Shown here piece by piece: positions 42,100-50,308 of a stretch of 63,911 nucleotides of DNA. The DNA is from a virus (Duplodnaviria > Heunggongvirae > Uroviricota > Caudoviricetes). Position 1 is the stretch's first letter. Each line of letters begins with the position of its first letter. The stretch is from the IMG/VR virus record IMGVR_UViG_3300012940_000021, positions 1-63,911 of that record; one strand, given 5' to 3'. Below the pieces are notes generated by a model, which worked only from the letters and a program-made list of their open reading frames with translations, had not been told where the DNA came from and did no database searches. The translations under genes and the position numbers were made by a program.

Positions 42100-43575
42100 T
42101 CAGGTGGGGAGGAGGTCGTTCAAGTCGAAGGAGGAGCCACCAAGCGATGGCGGGCCGGAGGAGAAGCCGTCGAACCCGAGGCTCTTCGAGCGGAACCAGG
42201 AGGTCGCGTAATCGACCTCCACGATGATCCCGTTGGCTGTCTCGCCGTCCCGATTCTTCAGGACCTGCATCGTGATGTCGGCTCGGCGGTCGGTGTTGTC
42301 CGTCGGGGCGAGCAGGCTCACGATCACGTCGGCGGAGTTGGTCGCCTCGGCGGTCTCGGACAGGCTCGCGCTGGTGTACATGCCCAGGCTCTCCGCGCTC
42401 TCTCGGGCGGCGCGGGAGACCTGCCATGGAGACAGGAACGGCACCCCCGAGCCGTCGTTGAAGTTGACCGCCAGGAGCTTCGCCTCCTTCATGATGCCCG
42501 CCAACTCCTCGCGGGTGGTCTGACGGCGGCGGTCAGAGTGGAGCAGGGCCAGGTAGTCCATGACCACGAGGTCGATCTCGAAGCCCCGCTGGATGCGGTT
42601 GAGGCGCTGCTCGATGCTGGCGATGCTCGCACTGCGAGGCACCTGGGCGATGTAGAGCGTCCCGTAGGCCGGGTTCTTGGTGAGGTCGCGGACGATCTCC
42701 TGAAGCTTCGCTTCCTCAGTCTCCGAGAGCGTTCCCGCCTTCAGGTCTCGGGTGTTCAGACCCTCTGGGATCTCGAACATCGGGTGCTTCGAGTGCCGGG
42801 CGATCAGCTTGCGCCGGACCTGGGGTCGCAGGGTCTCGGTGGTGAGGAAGACGACGTTCTTGCCCTGTTCGACCGCCGCGCTCCACGCCGCCTGCACGCA
42901 GAGCGTCGTCTTGCCGTCGGAGGAGTAGCCAGCCGCGAGGACCAGTTCTCCGTTCTGCATCCCCCCGACCTTGCGGTCCAGCTCCTCGATGCCGAACATG
43001 ATCCCGCCCGACGTGCCCTGACTCATCTGGCGCTTGCGCTCGGCGTAGTCGGCCAGCATGTCCGCGCCCTCCTCGCGCATGTCGCCCTCTGGAGCGTCCT
43101 GCATCGTCAGTTCTCGGTCGATGTTCTGGAACGCCTCCAGCACGTACTGCCGGGCGTCGCCGTGGCCCTTCAGGGTCTCCTGGCCCACGGCCTTCCCGGA
43201 ACGCAGGATCTCCATGGCCTCGGAGATGGCCTCGCCCGTCGCCTTGTCGGCGGCGAGTTCTCGGAGCTGCTGCACCGACCACGCGAACTCGCCGTCATCG
43301 ACCGTGGTCTCGGCGTAGAGCTGGTAGGTCTCCAAGTAGAGGAGGACCTGGCCGGGGTCGGCGCGATCCCGGAGCTGGTCATCCAGGTACTTCTCTGGAA
43401 GCACCGCTCCGCCCGTGTAGTCCGAGTAGCGGCCCAGCATCGTGAAGAGATTCTGCTGGACTCGCTCCGGGAAGTGGGCTGGAGTCAGTTGCCGAAGGGC
43501 CTTCTCCAGAAGGTCGCGTCGGCCAGGGATGATGGCGGCGAGGACGGTCGCCGCGTGGTCACTCGCCGTCGCCAA
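42100..43575 (-). CDS. dnaB: DnaB-like replicative helicase
   Basis: GMQNGELVLAAGYSSDGKTT; VVMDYLALL; SADVIVSL; LKNRDG; start approximate. Confidence 0.85.
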   Translation of the reverse strand: MATASDHAATVLAAIIPGRRDLLEKALRQLTPAHFPERVQQNLFTMLGRYSDYTGGAVLPEKYLDDQLRDRADPGQVLLYLETYQLYAETTVDDGEFAWSVQQLRELAADKATGEAISEAMEILRSGKAVGQETLKGHGDARQYVLEAFQNIDRELTMQDAPEGDMREEGADMLADYAERKRQMSQGTSGGIMFGIEELDRKVGGMQNGELVLAAGYSSDGKTTLCVQAAWSAAVEQGKNVVFLTTETLRPQVRRKLIARHSKHPMFEIPEGLNTRDLKAGTLSETEEAKLQEIVRDLTKNPAYGTLYIAQVPRSASIASIEQRLNRIQRGFEIDLVVMDYLALLHSDRRRQTTREELAGIMKEAKLLAVNFNDGSGVPFLSPWQVSRAARESAESLGMYTSASLSETAEATNSADVIVSLLAPTDNTDRRADITMQVLKNRDGETANGIIVEVDYATSWFRSKSLGFDGFSSGPPSLGGSSFDLNDLLPT

Positions 43576-43813
43576 TGGGTGGCCCCTCGGTGAAGGCCCA
43601 GACCGGCTCGCCCAGACGGTACATCTCGACGTTGCCGGAGAAGAACTTGACCGCGACATTGGCTGAGACCGTCACCCGGACGACCTGCCCTCGATCTGGA
43701 ACCATGTCCCCCGGCCCGAGGTTCTCGGCGGCGGTCGTCCCCCAACGACGAGTGATGACCGTCCCGATCTGCACGCTCGGTCGGGAGAACGGCTTTGGAA
43801 GTCGCTTCGCCAT
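43559..43813 (-). CDS. Hypothetical protein
   Basis: ORF coupled to neighbours. Confidence 0.6.
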   Translation of the reverse strand: MAKRLPKPFSRPSVQIGTVITRRWGTTAAENLGPGDMVPDRGQVVRVTVSANVAVKFFSGNVEMYRLGEPVWAFTEGPPIGDGE

Positions 43814-44286
43814 CAGAACGCCTTCCCGTGCATCCAGGGGCGCGTGGCGTTGTACTTCAGCTTCTCCTCGACGGCGCGGGCCAGGTCGATACCCAGTTCC
43901 TCCGCGTGGTCCATGAGTCGGATGAAGATGTCCGCCAGCTCGCTCGGCACCCCCTCGGGCTTGAACGCGCCGATCTCGTAGTTCCGGTCGTCGTCCGGCT
44001 TGGTCGGGTAGTAGGTCTCCGCTGGAGAGACTCCGGCGCGCTCCTCCTCATGCGCCTCTGAAGCCTCGCCCACGATGAGCATCAGCCGGTTGCCGAGGTA
44101 GGTCCGCCAGATGTAGTCGGCCAGGCGCTCCCGGCCTTGCAGGCGGAGGTCGTCGCACAGCGCCTTCAGCTCGTCCGGGTCGTCGTGGAACCCTCGTCCC
44201 CGCGACTGCGCATGGCAGTACGTCTGGAAGGTGCGGATGGCCTCGTAGTCCACGCCGGTCGGTGCGAGGAGCGGTTCATCGAGCAT
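43813..44286 (-). CDS. MazG-like nucleotide pyrophosphohydrolase
   Basis: LMLIVGEASEAHEE; GVPSELADIFIR; KLKYNATR. Confidence 0.85.
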   Translation of the reverse strand: MLDEPLLAPTGVDYEAIRTFQTYCHAQSRGRGFHDDPDELKALCDDLRLQGRERLADYIWRTYLGNRLMLIVGEASEAHEEERAGVSPAETYYPTKPDDDRNYEIGAFKPEGVPSELADIFIRLMDHAEELGIDLARAVEEKLKYNATRPWMHGKAF

Positions 44287-44512
44287 CGGCGTTCGCCTCC
44301 TCGACGGCTGCGCTGGAGAGCGGAGCAGGTCCGGTCAGCGAGCGGAGATCCATGAGACAGGCGGCGTAGCCGTGCTCGAAGGCGTCGTCCGGGCTGAGGT
44401 CCTTCAACTGCTCCCGGTCGGTCTCGGCTCGCATCTTGTCGAGCTGCGCCTGCAACTCGATGAGGGCCTCGGCCAACGGGAGATTGTGCTTGGGAGTGAG
44501 GGGTTCGGACAA
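44276..44512 (-). CDS. Hypothetical protein
   Basis: AAGGAG RBS. Confidence 0.6.
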   Translation of the reverse strand: MSEPLTPKHNLPLAEALIELQAQLDKMRAETDREQLKDLSPDDAFEHGYAACLMDLRSLTGPAPLSSAAVEEANADAR

Positions 44513-44569
44513 CTGCTGCTCCTTGCGGGTCGTGTAGTTCTACGCCGAAGCGCGGGGGTAGACCAAGGG

Positions 44570-45292
44570 TTACGACGCGACACGCCGCATCGCTGCGTGG
44601 ATCTCCTCGACAGCCTCCTTGTGGACGGCTCGGACCACCGAGGGTGACACCTGAAGCTCCACAGCGACGCGGGTCAGGTCGAACCCCGAGTAGTACCGGA
44701 GGACGACGACGGAGCGCTGGAGCGGAGGCAACGCTTGGATCGTATCCGCGACCACGGACTGGATCGTGCTGGCGAGCGCGAGATCCTCGACACTCGCTGA
44801 AGACGAGGGGACGGCCCCGTAGCGAGGCTCTGCCCAGTTCTCTGAAGACGAGTCAAGACTCAGCGCCGTGCTCTCGACCGCCTGCGTGACCGCCCGAATC
44901 TTGTCCGCTGGAACCCCCATCAGGTCGGACAGCTCCTCTGGAGTCTTGCCGGACCCGTGCCCGAGTTCGATGAGGGCCTTGTAGATCCTCCGCTGACGCT
45001 TCGGAACATGGTCTCGGGCGCGCTGCCAGTCCATGATGGCCCCGGTGATGCGCCGTCGAGCGAAGGACCCGAAGGCGAGGAAGGGGTCGTACTTCGAGTC
45101 GTCCTCTGGACGCCACTCTGGATCGAACTTGACCGCCGCCGTGAGGAGACCGTGATACGCCACCTGGACGACCTCGTACTTCTCCATCGACTCTGGAGAC
45201 CTGCGCCAGGCTTCGAGCGCTAGGCGCTGGGCGAGCTTGATGTGCGTGGTGACCAAGTTCTTCTGATACTCGGTCAACTTCTCCTCGGTCAC
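44570..45292 (-). CDS. RNA polymerase sigma factor, FliA/WhiG/SigF-like
   Basis: GLLTAAVKFDP...FGSFARRRITGAIMDWQR (region 2); LPPLQRSVVVLRYY...VAVELQVS (region 4). Confidence 0.88.
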   Translation of the reverse strand: MTEEKLTEYQKNLVTTHIKLAQRLALEAWRRSPESMEKYEVVQVAYHGLLTAAVKFDPEWRPEDDSKYDPFLAFGSFARRRITGAIMDWQRARDHVPKRQRRIYKALIELGHGSGKTPEELSDLMGVPADKIRAVTQAVESTALSLDSSSENWAEPRYGAVPSSSASVEDLALASTIQSVVADTIQALPPLQRSVVVLRYYSGFDLTRVAVELQVSPSVVRAVHKEAVEEIHAAMRRVAS

Positions 45293-47034
45293 GCTGTCCG
45301 CCTTTCCCCCGCATCCGAGATGAGCTGGAGAAGCGCCATGGGCGGCAGTGCCCGGAACAGTTGGCTGTTCTCATCCCAGATGTGCGACGCCAGGGCGGCT
45401 TCCCGCTCCAGCAACGGCAGGTATCCTTCCTCCTGCGTCCGAACCGTCAGGAGGTTATGCACGAAGACGTGCTGGTAGGCCGAGCCGTCACGCCGGATTC
45501 TACCGGCGAGCTGTTCCATCCTCGCGGGATTGAGGATCATGTCCACGTTGATGAGATGCCGCGAGACCTGGAGGTTGAGCGACTGCTCGATGCTCTTGGT
45601 GCCGATGAGCACCCGGCAGTTCGGGTCATCCCAGAAACGCTCCTGAGCTGCGGCGCGCTTGCGCTTGTCCGGCTCATCGCCCCAGACGGTGACGAAGCCC
45701 ACGCCCTGATCTCGGAGGCGGTACTGGAGAGCGCGGACGGCGTTCTTCAGGTTGATGAAGACGACCACCTTCTCGTCCGAGAGATCCCCCTCGGTGAGCT
45801 GGTGCTGCACCCAGTCGAGCTTCACGCTGGTCCCTGGGCCGTCCGGCTCCCCAAGCGCTGCGAGGCCCGCGCAGATGGCCGCGCCGTAGTGGATCTGCGC
45901 GAGCGCCTTGGGGCGCTTCACCTGCACCCCCTCCTCGCGCATGATGCGGATGACGCCCCGCTTCAGCTCGTCGTACTTCTCTCGCTGGCGTGGATAGAGG
46001 TCCAGGAACACGTCGTTCGGGTTGATCGTGGGGAGGTCCACGTCGTCCAGGTCGGCGGCGGTGCGTCGGAGCACCATGGGTGCGATCTGCCGCTTGACGA
46101 GGTTCAGATTCTTGTACCCGACCACGACCTCGCGGGGCTTCATCTCGCCCGTGGCCCGGTCGTACTCGCGCACGGTCTCGGTGCGCACGTGCTGCTTCAT
46201 GAAGGTCTTGCGGTCGTGCAGGACCTGGAGTCCGCCGATGCCGTCGAGCACGGCATGCAGTTCTGGAAGGCGCTTCTGGAATGGAGTGCCCGACATGATG
46301 ACGTAGCGGTCGGTGCCAGGTCGAGCGCCCTCGGTGCCCCGACCCCCGATGCGGTCGAGGACGTAGGACGTGATGTTCTCGGGGTTGCGGAGCTGGTCCA
46401 CGTCATCGGTGATGAGGATCGACAGGTCGAACCGCTCCAGGGTCTCGTAGTCCTGCCGAAGCATCTCTGGACCGATGAGCAGGACCTCCCAGGGCTGCTG
46501 GTAGAGCTGGCCGCGCTGCCGTCGGGTGCCCTCGGCCACGACGACGTTGAGTCCGGGCATCATGCGGAGCAGCTCGGCGTACCACTGGTGCAGGGCTGGA
46601 GCACGGGGCACCACGATGGCTCGTCCCATGCCGCCGTATCGGTCGGAGCGGTCCCGCCAGAGTGAGAGTTCGCCGGTCTGCTTCAGCATGGCGAGCAGAC
46701 CCCCGGCGATGGTCGTCTTGCCCGACCCCATGGTGTCCGCGAGGAGAGCCTTTTTCTTGAAATAGAGCCAAGCGATGGCGATGCGCTGGTGGCGTCGGAA
46801 GTGGATGGCGCACTTGCGGCAGCCGGGCTTGGGCCGGTCGTAGACCTTCGTCGTGACGACCTCGCCCAGTGGAGTTCGGACCTCCTCGTCCCACCCGCGA
46901 GCATGGATGCGGCAGAGCGCATAGTTCCATGCCGACAACTCTGGAAGATGCCACTCGTCAGCCTCGTGGATTCTCCATGCGAGTTGCTCGCGCTTGGCGT
47001 CGGTGAAGTTTCGAACGTCGAAGTTCAGCGGCAA
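45289..47034 (-). CDS. SNF2-like superfamily 2 helicase
   Basis: LLADTMGSGKT; ITDDVD; MSGTP; LNLQ...NPARMEQLAGRIRRDG. Confidence 0.88.
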   Translation of the reverse strand: MPLNFDVRNFTDAKREQLAWRIHEADEWHLPELSAWNYALCRIHARGWDEEVRTPLGEVVTTKVYDRPKPGCRKCAIHFRRHQRIAIAWLYFKKKALLADTMGSGKTTIAGGLLAMLKQTGELSLWRDRSDRYGGMGRAIVVPRAPALHQWYAELLRMMPGLNVVVAEGTRRQRGQLYQQPWEVLLIGPEMLRQDYETLERFDLSILITDDVDQLRNPENITSYVLDRIGGRGTEGARPGTDRYVIMSGTPFQKRLPELHAVLDGIGGLQVLHDRKTFMKQHVRTETVREYDRATGEMKPREVVVGYKNLNLVKRQIAPMVLRRTAADLDDVDLPTINPNDVFLDLYPRQREKYDELKRGVIRIMREEGVQVKRPKALAQIHYGAAICAGLAALGEPDGPGTSVKLDWVQHQLTEGDLSDEKVVVFINLKNAVRALQYRLRDQGVGFVTVWGDEPDKRKRAAAQERFWDDPNCRVLIGTKSIEQSLNLQVSRHLINVDMILNPARMEQLAGRIRRDGSAYQHVFVHNLLTVRTQEEGYLPLLEREAALASHIWDENSQLFRALPPMALLQLISDAGERRTA

Positions 47035-47052
47035 CGTGTTCCTCCCGAGGAG

Positions 47053-47229
47053 TTATACGCCGTCCCGCTCATCACGCCCAAGGGTCATCGTGCTGCGTCG
47101 GGAGTCGCGCCGGGCGATCTGGCTGCTCCCAGCCTGAGCCATCTCGATGCTGTAGGAGGGATCGGTGCGGAACGCCTTGTCGGCCTCCGCCCAGAGTGGA
47201 GCCATGCGCTCCAGCACCGCCTCCGTCAT
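47053..47229 (-). CDS. Small hypothetical protein
   Basis: ATG downstream of a GCCGTATCAG promoter; below the ORF-track cutoff. Confidence 0.45.
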   Translation of the reverse strand: MTEAVLERMAPLWAEADKAFRTDPSYSIEMAQAGSSQIARRDSRRSTMTLGRDERDGV

Positions 47230-47294
47230 GGCTCGAATGCTACAAGATTTTCAAGTCTGATACGGCTATGTAGAGCGTGTCGCAAGAGCAACGA

Positions 47295-47318
47295 CCCCCG
47301 CTCCGAAGAACGGGGGCC
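47295..47318 (-). terminator. Putative terminator after the holin operon
   Basis: CCCCG/CGGGG hairpin. Confidence 0.4.
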
Positions 47319-47332
47319 GCGCATCTTCCGTC

Positions 47333-47401
47333 CTACTGGCAGCTCTCGCACTGCAAGTCGTCCATGGGATCGACCGGCACCGAGTAGCCGCCGACGGTCA
47401 C
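47333..47401 (-). CDS. 22-aa peptide ending in CESCQ
   Basis: GTG overlaps the holin TGA; MTVGGYSVPVDPMDDLQCESCQ. Confidence 0.55.
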   Translation of the reverse strand: MTVGGYSVPVDPMDDLQCESCQ

Positions 47402-48057
47402 TGGATTGGTGTCGTCCACGTCTGGGCCTTCGGCTCTTCGGATGGAGCCTGCGGCTCGGCATCGGGGGCGGATGGGAGAGCGGCGTCGTCCGGCACCGAC
47501 GGAATGTAGTCCGGTTCGGCCTGCGGAGCGGCGTCCATGATGTCCTCGGGGAGGAACTCGGGTTCGGTGGAGGCCCCTGCGACAGCGACGACGGGAAGCG
47601 CCGCCTCCGTGACATCTCCGGTAGCCGGGTTGTTCACCACGACGGTCTGGATGGTCGCCCGAGCCAGCGGCTCCTCGGCTTCCGGCAGTTGACCGAGAAC
47701 GGCGATGATGAGCGTGCCCAGGACGGAGGAACCGACGATGGCGGGCACTTCCGCCCAGGTGACCTGCTCGAAGAGCGTGGCGGTCCCGAAGGCGGTGATG
47801 AGGGCCTGGGCGGCGGTCTTGACCGACCGCTCGAAGACGGCCCAGTACCACTGGACGGTCTTGCCTTCCGACTCCGGGATGCCCCGGAGCGACGTGAGCA
47901 GTGACGTGAGTGCGCCGAAGCCGCTCGCGCTGAGCGCGATCAGCCAGGCCCCGTCGTAGATGACCGTGGGCGCGTAGGGAGCCGCGATGACGAGCGCCGT
48001 TCGGAGCGCTCGAATGCCCGCTGCTCGCCACCACGCCAACGACTTCAGGTTGGACAT
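47398..48057 (-). CDS. Holin (tandem r1t-like holin domains with an acidic Pro-rich tail)
   Basis: WWRAAGIRALRTAL... repeated as WAVFERSVKTAAQAL; four hydrophobic helices. Confidence 0.72.
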   Translation of the reverse strand: MSNLKSLAWWRAAGIRALRTALVIAAPYAPTVIYDGAWLIALSASGFGALTSLLTSLRGIPESEGKTVQWYWAVFERSVKTAAQALITAFGTATLFEQVTWAEVPAIVGSSVLGTLIIAVLGQLPEAEEPLARATIQTVVVNNPATGDVTEAALPVVAVAGASTEPEFLPEDIMDAAPQAEPDYIPSVPDDAALPSAPDAEPQAPSEEPKAQTWTTPIQ

Positions 48058-48121
48058 GGACGATTCCCTTCGAAGGAGGAAGAACGGAGTGAACCGCTCC
48101 CTTGTGATATCGTCCCCCGGC

Positions 48122-48643
48122 TCACTTCGCGGAGTCGCTCGACACCCCGTTGGCGCTGTCCTCACGCACGATCCGGCGCACGTCGGCGGCGGGGAGCGTG
48201 ATCTCGATGCTGGCCTCCAGGTCCTCCAGGTCGAGGCCCGACACCTGAGCGCCGAGCTTGCGCAGCTCCGCGACGAGCGTGTTGATGTGACGATCCTTCT
48301 GAGCGAGCCGGTTCCGCAGGTCGATGATCTCGGCGCGCAGCTCGGAGATCCGGTCGTAGTCCTTCTCGGCTGCCGCTTCCAGCGCGTCGATGCGGGCCTG
48401 CTTGTCAGCCAGGCGCTTGGCGTCGGCGGTCTTCTCCTCCTGGAGGACCTTCACCATGTTGTTGAGGCCCTCCAGCACGAGGGTCACGTTGGCGCGCTGG
48501 TCGGAGCGAGAGGGGATGGTGCGGTCGAGGATGAGCTTCCCGACGAAGATGAGAGCGGCCATGATGGTCGCCCCTGTTCCCCCGGAGATGATGTCGTTGA
48601 GGTCGAAGGCCGGAGCAGGGGCAGACAGGACGAGAGGGATCAC
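48122..48643 (-). CDS. Membrane-anchored coiled-coil protein
   Basis: N-terminal TM helix, then coiled coil; lysis-cassette position. Confidence 0.7.
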   Translation of the reverse strand: MIPLVLSAPAPAFDLNDIISGGTGATIMAALIFVGKLILDRTIPSRSDQRANVTLVLEGLNNMVKVLQEEKTADAKRLADKQARIDALEAAAEKDYDRISELRAEIIDLRNRLAQKDRHINTLVAELRKLGAQVSGLDLEDLEASIEITLPAADVRRIVREDSANGVSSDSAK

Positions 48644-49155
48644 GGCTTGCCTCGCTTCAGGGACACCTGGAAGGCCCCTGGCTGTCGCTCCTGTTCGGGC
48701 GTGAGGGGAGCCTTCGCGTTCTTACGGATGCGCTTGGCCCGGATGCTCTCCGCGTAGAGCGCATACATCCGAGGCAGGAGCAGGAAGAGCGGGAGGAGGG
48801 CGTAGACGGCGAAGGCGTAGCGAGCCGTCGGAGAAGCATCCGGGAGAGGCCGGACGATGTAGTAGATCTGGGCCGCGAAGTAGAAGAGCGGACCGATGAG
48901 AGCGAAGATGATGCCTGGCAGTTCGAGCTTCAGGTCGATTCTCAAAACAGAGCCACCGAAGGCCAGCAGGCCCCCCGCGATAGTCGCCCCCTGCCAGACC
49001 AGACGCGAGTAGAAGTCGATGTCGTTGAGGTAGGCGACTGGGGGGTAGACGAGGAAGACGACGGCCCAGAGGACGATGGTCAGGTAGCCAAGCGCCCGAA
49101 GAAGGTCCTCGAATGTTGGGCGCGAACGCCCCTTCTTCTCCGACAACACGCTCAC
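48640..49155 (-). CDS. Four-helix membrane protein
   Basis: Four hydrophobic segments. Confidence 0.72.
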   Translation of the reverse strand: MSVLSEKKGRSRPTFEDLLRALGYLTIVLWAVVFLVYPPVAYLNDIDFYSRLVWQGATIAGGLLAFGGSVLRIDLKLELPGIIFALIGPLFYFAAQIYYIVRPLPDASPTARYAFAVYALLPLFLLLPRMYALYAESIRAKRIRKNAKAPLTPEQERQPGAFQVSLKRGKP

Positions 49156-49197
49156 CCCCGGCTTCTCCTATGTGATATCGGCCTCGGGGCGACCGGA

Positions 49198-49380
49198 TCA
49201 GGTCGGATAGGCGCGTGGCCAGATCTGACCGGTCGTCGGAACCACCGCGCCTCCCCCTCCTTCCTCCGCAGGGAGTTGAGCGTTGCCCCAGTCCAGAGGG
49301 ACCGGATAGACGATGGTGAGGTCTGTCGCGTGCGGGAGAGGGCTGAGCGCCAGATCCTGAGCGTTACCTCGACCAGCCAT
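49198..49380 (-). CDS. Small tail-associated protein
   Basis: TGATG coupling; GQIWPR end. Confidence 0.5.
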   Translation of the reverse strand: MAGRGNAQDLALSPLPHATDLTIVYPVPLDWGNAQLPAEEGGGGAVVPTTGQIWPRAYPT

Positions 49381-50303
49381 CAGTCAACGTCCTCGCTGAT
49401 CCAGACTCCGTAAGACCCGCCGTCATCGACGCAGTAGTACGTCGATCCGTTGATGGTCACGGTATCGCCGCGCCCGACATCTGCGTGCTGCGAGAAGATG
49501 AGCACGTCATAGTAGAGACCGCGCATCGACCCCCCGGTGGAGGTCGTGTGATACACCACGGCTCGCATCCCGACGGGGCCATCACCCGACTGGTAGAGAC
49601 TCGATGACGTGTCCGCAAGCGTTCCCACTACGCTCTCGAACCGAACGTTGGAATTGTTCTCATCGCAGTAGATGGCGAAGGCGTCCAGCATCGAGGTCGT
49701 GACGGTGGGACGACGAGACACTGATCCCGCTCCGTCGATGTCGGTGTTGCCAAACGGACACAGGACGAGGGGGAACTCATTGGCGTTGGAGGGGAAGAAC
49801 GGCTGGAAGAGACCCGCGTAGATGGCGTAGGTCGGAGTGGGACTGGTCTTCACGAGCAGGAAGTTCTTCGTGACGGCGATGAAGTACTCCATCGACACCG
49901 TAGATGTGACCGAGAAGCAGAGGGTATTCCAGGAAGCGCTGTTCCACGCGGCGGCGGTGGCTCCCTGATAGGCGTTGTACGTCGCGTCTGGAGTGACGGT
50001 GGAGGCAGGATTGCCGACAGCCCGTGTCACCTGATGGGTGACCGTGCTGTACTCCTCCCCGACGGAGAAGTACACGTTGCTGGTGCCGATGCTCGCAGTG
50101 AGTCGGAAGATGGCGAGGTAGAAATCGGTCCCGAAGTCGTTCAAGAGGCCGAGATTGCGCCACACCCGGATGGTGGAGTTCCCGGAAACGGTCTCCTCCA
50201 CGAACTCCCACGCGGCATGTGCCGTGAGCTGGGCTTCGATGAGGGTCACCAGCTCAGTGGAAGGCGTCGCATTCCCGACAATCGTGCCGCTGATAAAGGA
50301 CAT
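49380..50303 (-). CDS. Minor tail/fibre protein
   Basis: Beta-rich, Ser/Thr-rich, lower GC; end of the tail module. Confidence 0.7.
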   Translation of the reverse strand: MSFISGTIVGNATPSTELVTLIEAQLTAHAAWEFVEETVSGNSTIRVWRNLGLLNDFGTDFYLAIFRLTASIGTSNVYFSVGEEYSTVTHQVTRAVGNPASTVTPDATYNAYQGATAAAWNSASWNTLCFSVTSTVSMEYFIAVTKNFLLVKTSPTPTYAIYAGLFQPFFPSNANEFPLVLCPFGNTDIDGAGSVSRRPTVTTSMLDAFAIYCDENNSNVRFESVVGTLADTSSSLYQSGDGPVGMRAVVYHTTSTGGSMRGLYYDVLIFSQHADVGRGDTVTINGSTYYCVDDGGSYGVWISEDVD

Positions 50304-50308
50304 GTGGG

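Noticed and set aside
40671-44286. DNA hypermodification pathway from methyltransferase + ThyX + MazG
   Set aside because: These are common phage nucleotide genes; no 7-deazaguanine, PurZ, glycosyltransferase or kinase genes were seen
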